A DNA stretch of 64,000 nucleotides. Source: Trichodelitschia bisporula. Its lineage: Eukaryota. Of the stretch, positions 48,024 to 60,700 are shown in pieces. The translations under genes and the position numbers were made by a program. The number at the start of each line of letters is the position of its first letter. The stretch's first letter is position 1. The stretch spans positions 76,606-140,605 of the forward strand of contig ML996709.1 of assembly GCA_010356995.1 (NCBI GenBank). Direction: 5' to 3'. The notes beneath the pieces are model-generated. The model worked only from the letters and a program-made list of their open reading frames with translations. It ran no database searches and was not told where the DNA came from.

Positions 48024-48889
48024 TTGCTTGCTTGCTGCATGATAGGGTTTGCGGGCTGGATATGTGGGTGGGTTTTGGGGTTTAGCATGGGGTTTTGGGT
48101 GTTTGGGTTGGATACGGTAATGCATATTGATGGCCAGCTTGAACTCAGGTGGTCCTTCCTTGAATGCTGTGCAGAGAGGGGAATGTCTGGCGGATTGTGG
48201 GAGATGGCGGAGTTGCCAACTGTGCATGCCAAAGGGTATGGCGGCAAACCGTCTGAGGACATATACCCTTCTCTCACTTCTAGCCATCCCCGAAGTTTTA
48301 CCACATCCTGACGATTCCTCATCCAGAATGAGAAGACCTAGACCCGTCCGGTCTGTCCTGGCGGTTTGACTGCGACCCTCTTCTCTACGGAAAGCTGATG
48401 AACACAAGCATAGTCCGTTGAGCTTGATGGAAGCAGAGAGCGAGCGAGTTTGGATGCTGCGGTGACGAAAAGGGTTCCATCTGCTAGCAGAGCGGCAACA
48501 CCACAGTATCTCGAGCTATGATGTCAACTCAGCTAGGCATAGGTGACATCGTCAATATCGATGGCACGACAGCGGCTTACAACTCGTCAGGAATCGGCAG
48601 ACGTGCTCAGTGTTTGATTCCAAAATCAGTCGCTCGCCAGCTGCCGTACTCACGATCACATTAGCAGTGAAGGTCAGCTGAAGAGTTCGCCCAGGCTCCG
48701 TATGCTGACATGGCGACTGCAGGTACAACACACTCGTATGCCTACCCAATTAGCTTCGTGGTGCCTGAGAAGTAAGACTCATCTTGCTGCCGTCCTTAAT
48801 CTTCAATTCCGCGCTACTATCCTCCTTTCCAGGGGCGGAGAGGCGTTATAGTCGGATACATAGTCGACCAGCTGATACCTCTTTGCCTC

Positions 48890-49160
48890 AAGGAGCCACT
48901 GTTAGGGCCGCTCCACAGCCTCTCTAGCTTTGAGCTGCATGTTCTGCGAGGGTACTTGGACAAGTACTTGAAGATCGACGGATGCGGTAATTGAAGCCGT
49001 CGCCCTCGTCACCAACCTCTTCGCCCAGAAGACGGACGACACCCTTCAAGTACCGCCTCCGTCAATCTTGAGGTACTTGTCCAAGTTCTCACGCAGAAGT
49101 TGCAGCTCGGCAGGGAAGATTCTGTGAAGAGGTAAATGGGGTGGCTGCTCCACCTTGTAG
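48890..49160. mobile_element. Inverted duplication of a degenerate Ty3/Gypsy RT N-terminal fragment (arms 48932-48996 / 49044-49108)
   Basis: Plus strand GPLHSLSSFELHVLRGYLDKYLK then LFAQKTDDTL in another frame. Minus strand PLHRIFPAELQLLRENLDKYLK. Both resemble the Gypsy consensus GPLY.LS..EL..LREYLD..L...LFV.KKDG.L. Confidence 0.7.
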
Positions 49161-49864
49161 TATGCTTTACGTTGAAGACTGCAAGTTTGATGCTGATGCC
49201 GAGTCGAATATCCCCAAGGTCCGTCTGTGTTCGGTTGGACGTGCGACAACGATGAGATCCGCGCTGAATGTAAGCATCAGCCTGGGATGTCTCGCGGTTC
49301 TTTCATCCGTATTCCATCCATTGTGTTCTGAATGGTGACGAAAGGCGGATAGCAAGATAAGAGGCAGCGGAGAAGAGGAGAAGTGGTCGACATTTCGAGG
49401 TGAGGTAGATGAAAGTCTTGGATGCATACATCCGTACACGACCATGATAACCTCGCTTACAAGACGACGGCATTGCTTCGATGGCAGCTCAGTGAAGTAT
49501 AACAGAAGAAGATAAATCAGAAGAAGATCGACGAGGTTCATTGATGAGCTGCGAGATTTTGAGGTGATGGAAAATGATCGTGCGCGCGATTGACGTCCCG
49601 ATGACCTATGCCAAGCCCCCATGATATCGGACAAGGCTGCCCCTTCCCATCTCGCACCAGCTCACTTTCCGATCGAGATCGAACGCCCATTCCTTTTGTG
49701 CCTGGCTGCTGCGATTGGCAGCTATTGCGCAATGGGGTTCAGAGAGGGGATATATCAGTCGGCCTGAGCACCACCAATGTTCCCTTTAACAAGGCTAACC
49801 CCGTTGCAAGTATAAGGTTACGGCTATAACGGATAATCGAGTATATACAATAAGACTGAGAACC

Positions 49865-51565
49865 CTACAACTTCGCCCCCTCCCTCCCCCCCCTAAGCAC
49901 CTCATCCACAACCCCCATCGCCCCCACCACCCTCCGTTCCTGCAATCTCGGCCCCACAATCTGCACGCCGGCCGGCCCACCCACCCAAACGTCCTTCTCC
50001 GTCTGTTCCCAAAGCCTCCTATTCCCCTCATCCCACGCCCCAAGCACTTCCCCCTCCACCCCGCCCCCAACATCCGCCGCTCTCACCGTGCCCACCGGCA
50101 CAACCCCAGCCACACAGTCAAGCAACACCCAACTAGCCGTATACCCCACCGCGCCAAACCCATCGATCGGCGGCACAGGATGCGGCGCCACCGGCGTGAG
50201 GAGCACGTCCACATCCGCCCACACACGCAGCAGCTCCGTCCGCAATTCATCCCTTCGGGCTTGTAACTCCGCGACCTGCGCCAGGGTCTTCGGGTCCTTT
50301 TGACGAAGCCGGCCCTGCAGCCAGGGGGAGAGGGGCTCGCCGGTTTGCCCGAGGACGTCGAATATGAAGCCGTAGCCGTCGGCGCTGAAGAGTCCGTTCG
50401 CGATGCTGTGCGCACGCTTGAGCAACGCGCTGATGTCGACATCCACGACACGCACCCCCGCGCCCCGTAACCGGCCCGCTACACTGTCAAGCAGCCGCAG
50501 TACGGCTGGGACAGGTCGCACAACTCCATCACTCCGCACCACGCCCACGCGCACCTCCCGCCCCAAGTCCACACCCTGCGCCTCCCACGCCCCAAACACA
50601 ATATCCGGATCCAGCTCCCAAGGCTTCCCCTCCGCAACCGCCTCCAGAAACAGCGCACAGTCGCGGGCCGAATGCGCAATCGGCCCCGCACTCGCCATAA
50701 TCCCCACTTTACTCCCCCCCGGCGGCCCAGGATTCGCCTGCCCCGCATACGGCACGCGCCCCGCACTCGGCTTAATGCCAAACAAGCCATTCGCCCACGC
50801 CGGAATCCGAATACTCCCGCCCACATCCGTCCCCACCCCCAACGGACTTCCGCGCATCGCCAGCAGCGCGCCTTCGCCGCCCGAGCTCCCTCCAGCGGTC
50901 AGACGTAAGTTCGCGGGATTGAGCACGCGGCCGAAGAGATTGTTGTGGCTGTCGAGCGCCATGAGCGTTTGCGGGACGTTAGTCTTGACATACAGCACCG
51001 CACCCGCGGCGAGTAGGAGCTGCACGAGCGGAGCGCTGGTCGTGGCGGGATTAAACGCGTAGCCGCAGTACCCGATGCAGCTGTCATGCCCGGCGATGTG
51101 GAAGCTGTCCTTCAGGCTGATGGGCAGGCCGTGCAGGGGACCCATTGGCTTTCCGTGTTGGGAGTAGTATGCGTCGAGGGCGGTCGCGCGCTCGAGCGCG
51201 GATTCGAAGAATATTTCAGTGAGGCAGTTGGTTAGTTGGTGAGCGATTGCTGCGCGCTGTATACGTCAGCCTCGTGTGATACGGAACCCTAACCCACGAA
51301 TGACGCAACGCACCTTGCTGAACGCACGCACGATGTCCACGCTCTTCAACCGGCCGGCCGCGAGTTCAGCCACCAGGCCCGTCGCGTCATATTCCTCCGT
51401 GATACGTAGCTCGGCCGCGCTGAGTAGGCCGCATTTGCGCGGGACGTCGAGGACGTTGGTTGTTTCTGGGCCGGGGAAGGAGGGTGGCAGCGTCCAGGCG
51501 GCGGGGATGCGGCTGGCTTGTTCGGCCTTTTTGCGCGAGGCGATGGCGCGCCATGTGTCGGGCAT
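49865..51565 (-). CDS. Amidase-signature family enzyme (acetamidase/general amidase-like; intron 51313-51257)
   Basis: GPLHGLPISLKD, YVKTNVPQT, AGGSSGGEGALL, GTDVGGSIRIPA. Confidence 0.95.
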
Positions 51566-52447
51566 TTTGGCGGTAGCTTGGAGGGAAATTGAGATGGAGG
51601 AGAAGGGGAGTGGTGGAGAGGAGACGTGCGCCGTGTTATCTGTGCGGGGAGGCTTATCCCCGCGGTGGGGGTGCGGAGGTCCGAGGTTGAGGTTCGTGCC
51701 CCGCGCGGGAGCCGCGCTAGGATGCGGTGGGCGCGTGGCGACATCATGCATGAATTGAAGTCCACTGCCATTGAGGCTTCTCATGTGCTTGTGGGGTAAT
51801 TTCTTCAGCAATTGCCTGAGCTTCCTTCATCACCGAGCCGATTGTCAAGCGGCTACCGCTAGTGCTCACGAACCAGCCTTTTCGAAGCTCATGCCGTCGA
51901 TTTGTCAGCCTACAGCCTTTCCATGCAAGGCTACGGGTGTGGTTACATCCGAGGAGGAACAGATAGCGCGAGAGAGAACGGCCCGAGAAGCATGTCCGAG
52001 ACGGAGATCGTACACCTCCTGCGGCCCGGTCGGCCTCCTCCGCTCCTTCCGCCGATGCCGCCTCCAGGAACATCAGACCGATTTGACCATCCGAACAGCC
52101 CTTGGGCGGCGATTCCTCTCGCCCAAGTTCAACCCAAGCGCAAAAAGGATCCCTTGGGGTCCATATCTGTCGGACCTGGAGACATATTCGCCTGATATGG
52201 GTAAAGCTTCTCTGTCCCAGGGTAGCTTCAATCTTGGACATTCGTCCCGTGGCTCGACCGATCCAGTGTGGCGTATTGCGGATGCCCAAAAAATCAATCG
52301 AATCGGAACATACTAGGTCGGTGTCACGACAGATATGATCCTGTGATTCCTCGAGAATCGCGAAATTGGATCTTTTGACTGTGGAGCTTCGGCCCGTTGC
52401 CTAGTTCATGAACCGATCCAACGCAGCATGGCGGCAAAAAGGAAGCC

Positions 52448-52537
52448 TCTGTCCTCCCAGAATCGAACTGGGGACTTTCCGGTTTACAAGGTGGGACCAT
52501 TACAGCCGGACGCCATAACCAACTAGACTAAGGACAG
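52448..52537 (-). tRNA. tRNA-Tyr(GUA) with intron
   Basis: CTGTCCT/AGGACAG acceptor, TAGTCTAGTTGG D-arm, TCCGG-CT-GTA-A-intron-CCGGA, GTTCGATTC T-loop. Confidence 0.92.
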
Positions 52538-53158
52538 TCATTTGCTGTGGACATGGTTCAGTGCTAACCTTTTGGCCGCTCCGCGGTCAGGATGTCCACA
52601 GTGCTTCGGTGAGGAACTATCGGTGATGGCAGCAAAAGCGACTTGACGCTGTTTGCAGATTGTACGCCGCCGCAGCACCTTCATCAACCCGATTGGCCTC
52701 TTCAACAGTCTTGACACCACGTCACTGCGCCAATTCGCCGGCAATTCTGGTTACTATGGCTTCCTATGCTAACGGCCAGTTTCGTCTGCGTTATCAGATC
52801 GGCCATGAATCCAGCGTCCCTACGAGGAAACAGAAAGCCTACGGGAGCTCAAAGCCGGACGATGCAGTTCCCTTCCGGCAACGAAGCTCCATGGCCCGCA
52901 CCAGTTTATAAGTATGCACAACTCCTGGACATGCAGATAACTCCTGCGACCAACCGCGCCCATTCAACTTGGACGCGCCGCAATTTCAGGCCACCTAGTC
53001 AGCTAGAAATGTCGAGAACGACTCAAGACGGAGAACAATGGTTACAAAGGGAGCCACATCTTCACAGCAAAATATTCCTATCCAATGTTAGCTCGATACT
53101 CGAAAGCACGTTTAGCTATCGGAGGAGCGATGAAGAATCAGGAGTAAAAAGCATTTTT

Positions 53159-53432
53159 TCCACATGATGTGTTAAGAACAGGTCTGTGAATATGCGTTGG
53201 GTCTCATCACTGGAGTGGAGGGATGAAATTGGACAAAACTTACACATTGGGAGCATGCGGTCAACCTGGAAATCCTGAGAACTGGTTAGAGCAGAGATGC
53301 GCCTAAGCTTCTGTTAGCTTGTGTTACAGCAGCATAGTCGAAGCGCAAATGGTAAGGAGGGATCAGAGGTTTGATGCAAGGTATCCACATGATGTATTAA
53401 GAACAGGTCTGTGAAAAATGCTTTGTCTCATC
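53159..53432. repeat. ~50-bp direct repeat (53159 and 53385)
   Basis: TCCACATGATGT(G/A)TTAAGAACAGGTCTGTGAA.ATGC...GTCTCATCA occurs twice. Confidence 0.85.
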
Positions 53433-54064
53433 ATAAAAGATGTTGGAGAAGCGTATGAGGTACTCACGCTTTGAGGTCGCGCTGCGAAATGGGGATGTCT
53501 TGCTTAGCAGTTTTGAGTAGCTGAACCATTCGGAAGCTGGCAACAATGGTGCAGGCCCTCGGAATGCCGCACAACGCGAGACTATGTGTACATATCTCAG
53601 AGCTTCTCACGCTCGTCGAAGCCTTTAGGGTGAGATGTTGGATGCAGATAGGAATTTGGGTCAGAGACAGAAAAATCTTTTGAACGCGAAGTCAGAACGC
53701 GTCGGAAGAAAAGGCGGCCCGGCGCATGGACCACTTTGCTCTCAAAGCCCCCGGAGCTTCGAGGACGTCGTGGCTGTCTCCCTCCCGCGAACCATATGAT
53801 GACTTTGAATGTGATCTGTAATGGGATTTAATGCACACCAGTGCAGTCACTGTCCACAGCTAGCTAGGTGGCAGTGGCTATCTGTGTGCGTCCGAAGTGC
53901 ATTTTCCGACTGAGCTTTCTACACTGGCAGAGCGTACCCGTTGCAGTTGATCGCTAATACCCGTCATAGCAACTGCCATCGGACAAACTTGCCACGATTG
54001 ATTTCAACGGCGTCAGCTCAACACCAACCTCACTCTTACCCAAGACTAAACCACACACTTTATC

Positions 54065-54964
54065 ATGTCTAACTCTATCATGTCTAATTCTACTATTCGA
54101 CGCCCTGTAGGGTCCCTCCCTCCTATCAACCGTGAATTGTATCAACGGGTCACCGAACCCACCTCGCGCAAGCTCACCCACAGCTTTACGCTTCCTCCTC
54201 GCTCTGGCTACGCTTGGAAAGTGCCAGCAGGAAGCGTCTTTCGGCTCACAACCCCAGAAGGTCCGCAACAAGGCGATCTGAACATCTGGAGCCTCCAAAA
54301 CCCCCGCGAGCGCTTTTGGGCTGCGCGCACTCGTCAACTTCAAGGTAGCCATGTCTCGAGGGGTAACCGGCTATGGAGCTGCCTCCCATATCTGAGGCCA
54401 ATGTGCACTGTTGTCGACGATTCCCTGGCTGGCTATGTGGATCCGCGCGGCGGGCGATGCCATGACCTGCTGGGCGCCAGTTGTGACCCGTACGGTAGGC
54501 GGTTTGGGTTTGGCTCTAAACTGGCGTCAGCATACTGATTGGAGACAGCGCGTATGTTGTTACACGGCGAGTCGTTTGACTACCATTGCCACTCCAACTT
54601 AACCCGCGCCATCATCCCGTTTGGGCTTACCGAGTTTGACGTCCACGATAGCCTCAATGTCTTCCGGCCCGCGAGAATCAATCAAAATGGCAGTTACCCG
54701 GTGGAGATATCACCTGCAGTTTCTGGATCGTTCATCGAATTCTTCGCCGAGATTGATCTCCTATGTGCCCTCTCAACATGTACTAAAGGTGACATGTCTG
54801 CATTGGACCAGAGCGAAGAACAGGTGGCTGCAACCTGCAAGCCTATTCGGATTGACGTGTACAAGTCGGATGAGGCTGTCCTCCAGGGTTGGAAGGGACC
54901 CACGTGCCCAGGTTACAAAGGCATGCACGGGATCTGGATCCCTCAGGGCGAGCGGCTACTTTGA
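54065..54964 (+). CDS. DUF1989 (urea-carboxylase-associated family) protein (intron 54495-54548)
   Basis: PEGPQQGDLNIW...RERFWAARTRQL..SHV..G.RLWS.LPYLRP...GRCHDLLG..CDPY / DYHCHSNL...DVHD.LNVF...FFAEIDLLCALSTC. Confidence 0.9.
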
Positions 54965-56119
54965 GCATGGCAATTGCGCTTTCGGCCTCATGGGGGGACC
55001 AGTGCCTGTCTGCTCAACAATTCCGATACCTTGACCGTGACTGCGGCTAGACGGTCAAGGTCACAGGCTAGCCAGTAATCGATCGCTTTAGCTGTGTTCT
55101 AGATTCACTTTGATGGACTCCAGTGATGTCGCTCCTTCACCAGGCGAGCCATGTCTGGGGCACATATCTAATGCCAACGCGTCTCCTAATACTCGCAGCC
55201 GAACGGAGCGGAGATATCGAGATGCCTTCCTTATTTGGTGTGTTCACGTTGCAGCTAAAGCAGATGTATTCAACAGACGCCCGCTCCACTGCCCGCGATT
55301 GATCTCCTTCTGCGTGGTCCACTTTCCATCTGTAAGGCAAGCATTCCCCAGATGACTCTCTCCACGATCTTGGCAGCTAATCAGGGCAGAGGCCGTTTGA
55401 ATGTGCGATATGACAACACCGTGCACCCAGCGCGTGAGGTCGGCGAATTGTCGCGGACACCACCGACCGCCCTAGCCAAGGTGACCGGTCAGGGTTCTAT
55501 CCGCGACACGAAAGGCCGGAAGCGAGGGTTGGGGTGCATATAGTGCGGGTTGCCTCCCACGGAATCGAGGGGCATTCCCACTCCAGATCTGGTCCCTGGG
55601 AAAGGGCCGGGGACGTCAAGTGATTTTCAGCGGCCTTCAGTTGTCCCCCGCCGAACGGGGCCCTTCCCGTTAACACGTCCATGGCCCGGCCTTTGCGCGC
55701 CGACTGCCCGCGGCCGACTGGCTGCGACCGGCTAGATTCCAGATGGGCCAATTAGTCCAAAACCGGGCCCGATGGCCGGATTGCCCTTCGGGTCTAGCAT
55801 GACGTACGCCTGCCATCTAGCCGTGCTGTGCGCGTTCCGATTTCGTCGTCTACGAGCACGTCGTCTGACCCTGGCCCGGTACTGGTACCTTATTTTCAGC
55901 GTCAATATATTCGGATATATAGCCGAACCGCAGGGGATCCCTCTGCTCGTGCCCTCCGCGTCCCAAACCATTGCGCTTGAGGATCATATTTCTCCGAGCT
56001 CCGGCGCGCGGCCTTTCCGGATTTGCGGTTCCTCAACAAAGTACGTGCACCCGCATGTTCGGAAGGGCGGATAGGCTGTGTTAATTTTGAGTATCCGCGC
56101 TATAGCATCTATCTACGAT

Positions 56120-57178
56120 CTAGCTGCTGTTCCATTCGTTCAGAACGTCATCTAACATTGTCAGCAGCTCCGCCTTCCGTTTGTCAGAGCACCAGCTACT
56201 GTCGATATTGTCCCGTATCACCTTCTCCCACTCCTTGACCGTCAAGTCGAACGACTCCTGCACCGCGCAGTAGTTGTCCAAGATGTACCCCCCAAAATAC
56301 GCCGGATCATCGCTGTTGATGCTGAACCGAACCCCCTCATCCAAGAACCGCCTGAACGGCAAGTCCTTAACCTGCTTCACGCACCGCAACCGCACATTGC
56401 TGAGCGGACACACCGTAAGCATGATCTTCTCCTCCGCCGCCCGCCGCACAAGCGCATCATCCCCCGTAATCGCAATCCCATGATCCACCCTCTCCACCCC
56501 CAAGTCATCCAACGCACCCGCAACATACGCCGCAGGCCCCTCCTCGCCCGCATGCGCCGTAAGCCGAAGCCCCATCTCCTTCGCCGTTGCATACACCTCT
56601 TTGAACAACACCGGTGGGTAGGCAGCCTCGCTGCCACAGATGCCGATCCCCGTGACTTCGCCCTCCTTAACCGCCGCCTTGAACTCCTCGCTGTTCAACA
56701 ACGCCAGCGCATCCGGCACGGGAAAGGGTTTCAGGATGCACGGGATAACCAGCGTCGACAAGCCAAGCTCTGTCTCCGCCCGTCTCCTCGCCTTCCCAAT
56801 CCCATTTAACACCGTCTTCAGCCCGATCCCTCGCGAGGTATGCGCCTGCGGATCGAAAAACACCTCCGCATGCCGCACACCGTCCGCATGAGCACGCAAG
56901 AAATACGCCCACGCCAGCGCCTCATAATCTTCCACCTTCACCAGCGTGCTGATCCCCACGGCATAATAATGCAAAAAGTCGTCTAGGCTCGCAAAGTCCT
57001 CATAGCGCCTCAACAAGGTCCCCTCATCCGCAAACGCCGCGTCGTCTACCGGAAGCGCGATGCCGTTGCGCCCCGCGAGGGCGAAGAGTAGCTCCGGCTC
57101 GAGTGTTCCTTCGAGATGGAGGTGGTGCTCCGTCTTCGGCAGACGGGCGAGGAGCGGGTGCAGCGCGTGCTTGCACAT
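56120..57178 (-). CDS. AAH1: Adenine deaminase (adenosine deaminase family)
   Basis: LPKTEHHLHLEGTLEPELLF, AEVFFDPQAHT, TAHAGEEG, RVDHG, TVCPLSN, SINSDDPAYFGGY. Confidence 0.95.
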   Translation of the reverse strand: MCKHALHPLLARLPKTEHHLHLEGTLEPELLFALAGRNGIALPVDDAAFADEGTLLRRYEDFASLDDFLHYYAVGISTLVKVEDYEALAWAYFLRAHADGVRHAEVFFDPQAHTSRGIGLKTVLNGIGKARRRAETELGLSTLVIPCILKPFPVPDALALLNSEEFKAAVKEGEVTGIGICGSEAAYPPVLFKEVYATAKEMGLRLTAHAGEEGPAAYVAGALDDLGVERVDHGIAITGDDALVRRAAEEKIMLTVCPLSNVRLRCVKQVKDLPFRRFLDEGVRFSINSDDPAYFGGYILDNYCAVQESFDLTVKEWEKVIRDNIDSSWCSDKRKAELLTMLDDVLNEWNSS

Positions 57179-57658
57179 TTTCGATACGGCGTACGGAACT
57201 CTGGATAGTGTTGGTGGGGTAGGGCAGCGAGGTATAATAATTTGCGGTTCGCGCGGGCGGCGCGGGCGGCGCGGTATGACGGGCCTCCGTGCGGTGAGAT
57301 CGCGATGCGGTCGGGCGCCGATGGACGGGGCTGGAATGTGAGGCCGGGGGCTGGGCCTTGGGCGATGCGGAGGGACAGGGTCGAGGGTGGTTCGGGAGTG
57401 CTGCCGAGCGCGGGGTTGATTAGATGTTGGAGATATAGGAGGGGTGGGAGTTCGGGGGTGCCGATAGTGGACGCGGGGCTATAAATGTTCGGATGGGGGG
57501 AGGCGGGGATATGAGGGGGGAGGTAGGCGATGCCCGCGGTGGGGTTTAGTGTCAGACTGGAGCTAAAAACTTGATTCGAGACGTTATCGCTGACTGTTCG
57601 GCATCTGTCATCGGTTGAGCGGTGCGCGGGATGGCGAAGTGTGGATCGGCAAAAAGAT

Positions 57659-57730
57659 CTCTCCCGCCGGGAATCGAACCCGGGCCGTCCGCGTGACAAG
57701 CGGAAATCATGACCACTAGACTACGGAAGA
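57659..57730 (-). tRNA. tRNA-Asp(GUC)
   Basis: TCTTCCGTAGTCTAGTGGTCATGATTTCCGC-TT-GTC-AC-GCGGA...GGTTCGATTCCCGGCGGGAGAG followed by a T-run. Confidence 0.96.
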
Positions 57731-60700
57731 TGGGCGAGCTGGGCTCGTCGTAGAGTGGATTGATGGGGAAGATTTTGCGAAAATGTATATATATGGGGTG
57801 CAATGCGGGGTCAAAGAGCGTCATGTGACAGTCGTTATCCCGTGCGACTTCAGCCTGGCCCTCAGCCTTGATGCTGACATCGGTGATTTGAACCACATAC
57901 TGGCTACATGCATCATACGCGCGGTCCTAGCTACCAGGCCTAGTGTAAATCGGTATGTCGGTAATTCTGGCATCGATCCGATGCGCACCTTCCGACTGCG
58001 GCGTGCCGTATTCCATACCAGCTCGCTCCTGCTGATGTAGACACCTGGAAGGAGCATTCTTAACCGGGAAAGTGGCTAGGGAGGGACACGAGCAACAGGG
58101 TAAATTTGGATATGGGCGGCCCCGTCACTCCTCTCCTTCTTCTGTTCTTTGTCTTTTACAATGATTTCACTCTCCACTCGATGCCTTTGCACGTACCTTG
58201 AGCCATGCCCCCCATCAACTGCAATATCACACGTTCAAGGCATCACATATGGCTCCAGGTACAGCAATAAGCTTCCCCCTCTCCAACGCCATTCGGTGAA
58301 CGTTTAGGGCACCTCCGGGCCAGCTGACCTAGTCTCCTGCCATGCATGCGGGGAAGCCGGCACTTGCAGTTGTCGTCATTGGAACTTGAAGTGGAAACCA
58401 CAAGGTGGTTCCAGTCTTGCTAATTACCTCCGTTAGTTATTGGACGCCAGTTTTAACGTCTAGCCTGCGCTAAGTGATATCTACCGGTACAACCAATGGC
58501 TACGGCGAGGGAAGCAAGCGAGCGGTGAGGAGTTTTCCTCCAACGACGACGCTGAAACTAAAGAACTTGCAGCCCTTTAGCTCGGAAGAGACGCACCGAA
58601 ACACCGAGAGATGCCGTCCACTTTGTCCATCCCGCGGGGTCAAACGGCCGGGAAGGAGTCACCGCATGATACTCATTGGACTCGGACTACCGCACTCTAC
58701 ACCCTCCCACACAAGCTCAACAAGCGACGGAGAATCTGGACAATGGCATAGGGTTGGCTGGACCACGGATAGTATCGTTCCTGTCGCCATCACCCTCAAC
58801 AGTTACTCGACGCGCCGCAATTAAGCTCCATAGTTACCCTGCCTCGTGACCTTACCACAGGACCCCATCCTTCGAACGCCGCAGAGGCCCACCCTTACGA
58901 ACCCAACAGCAATCGCTTCCCCCGAAAACCACCAGACCATTCCCAAAGAGAACAGGATAACTTCGCCACCACGCACCGTTCCGGTGGTCGGACCCGCCCC
59001 ACAGTAAGCAAGCAAGCGGTACGGTAGCTCGAACCCCCCTCTCCTCCCAGCGGCATCGGATCTCGCACCCGGCCACGCAAACGAGGCACCAGCACAGGGT
59101 CCCCCCTCCCTTCAAACGGCCCAGCACACGCAAACCACCCTATCCAGCCTACACAGAGTCTAGGCCTCCTCTACCTAACCTTGACCAGGATAGCCGCCTA
59201 GCAGCCGTTACGTCGGCCATCTAGCCCGCTCGCTAATCAACCTCGTTAATCACTCGGCCAGTTCCGAGCCGCTCGAGGATCCTAGCCCGTTTGGAGGAGC
59301 GGGGGGTATGCATGTAGCTGGCCAGTGCGGTCGGCTTTCGGCTGCTGGAGCGCGATGCGGGGGCCCCTGAGGGTTGTACGGTAGTCGAGGGGGGGAGTCA
59401 AATGCGATTGAGTGTTTAGATGGGACGAGGGGCGCAGGCGGGGTGTTTCGAGCTAGACGGAGTGTGGATAGCAACTTAGGGCTTTGGCGGACTGATCGGC
59501 AAGCGGGTACCGGGAGGGCGTGGGGCAGATTTGCTTTTGGATGGGCGGCGGGGGGAGTGCGTCTTTTCTCCGCACGTTGGGGATCGGGCTACGCCTAAGC
59601 TGCCCGACTAGCGAGTTGCGTCGCAGCCGGCGGATTGTCTCCGAGCAGCGCGCGCGCCATGGGGTGCGAAGAGCTGCAGATTGGGGTTGTGGGTGGTGCC
59701 CGGAATAGAAAGCGGGCAGCTGCGAAATGCGGGGGATGGGGCTTGGCGGCTCCCGTTGCCACCGTTGCAGCGCGCACTCTTCTCCCCCATCCAACCCCCT
59801 CCCCGCAGCTCACCCGTTCCTCCCGCCAGATCTTGCTAGCACCCGGGCCTCGTTTCGTCAACGCTCCCCTACCGTACGGTACGGTCCCCGGCCGCCGAAC
59901 CAGATCGGCGCGCTCAGCGCCCATCGTCATCTCCTCCGTGTCTGCAGTAAGCTTTCCGCATAAGATTCCGTTAGCGGCCCAGGCCAGGCCAGGCCACGGC
60001 CATCAGCCGGCTCGCGGTAACCGAGGCGAGCATGTCTGTTTCCGCGAAACCGGATCGCGGGAGGGGTGGCCATTGGGCGAGGGGGGGTGCATGTATGCAG
60101 CGGGGACCGGATGGTTGTGGATGCGCGGGCTGGGTGGGTGTGTATCGTTGCGTCTCGTCTGCGGCGCGTCGCTTAGGTGCGTGGCTTGGCGCGTGAGGTC
60201 GGGGAATGGGCGGGAGGCGGGTTTATTTGTACGACGGGGGGGCAGATTATGTCTCTCTCCGTGTTCATTCCTGGACGTTGCGCAGGGGAAATGGGGGTGG
60301 GATGGGGGACAATGGGATTGTTACGGCTGAGGTTTGGGGGTTACGTCGAACCACTTCTGGGACTGGGACTGCGGTCTGGCTCTTCATTCCTCGCGGCCCA
60401 GAATCAAACTGCATGTTTGATGCTGAGCGGCCTGTCTGCATGGCCCGCCCCGACCTCTCCGCCGACCACCCGGGCCCCGGCTGCCCTTGCCTTGCCTTGC
60501 CTCTCCCCTGCCGCGCTCACGCTCGGAAGTTCCCTCTTGGGCTGCAGCAAGCACGGGTTGGGCGGCATGGCGGCTGGAGCAACTGCGGCTCTTTTGGCGG
60601 CGGATGGGAAGCCGAGACGGGGGTGCTGCTTGCTGCTGCAGCTTGTTGCTGGGTTGGTGAGGGAGGGATTCGGGAGGTGAGGTGAGGTTGAGGGGCTAGT

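Noticed and set aside
51770..53700. ORFs flanking tRNA-Tyr
   Set aside because: No identifiable motifs. Possibly decayed sequence, but not supportable.
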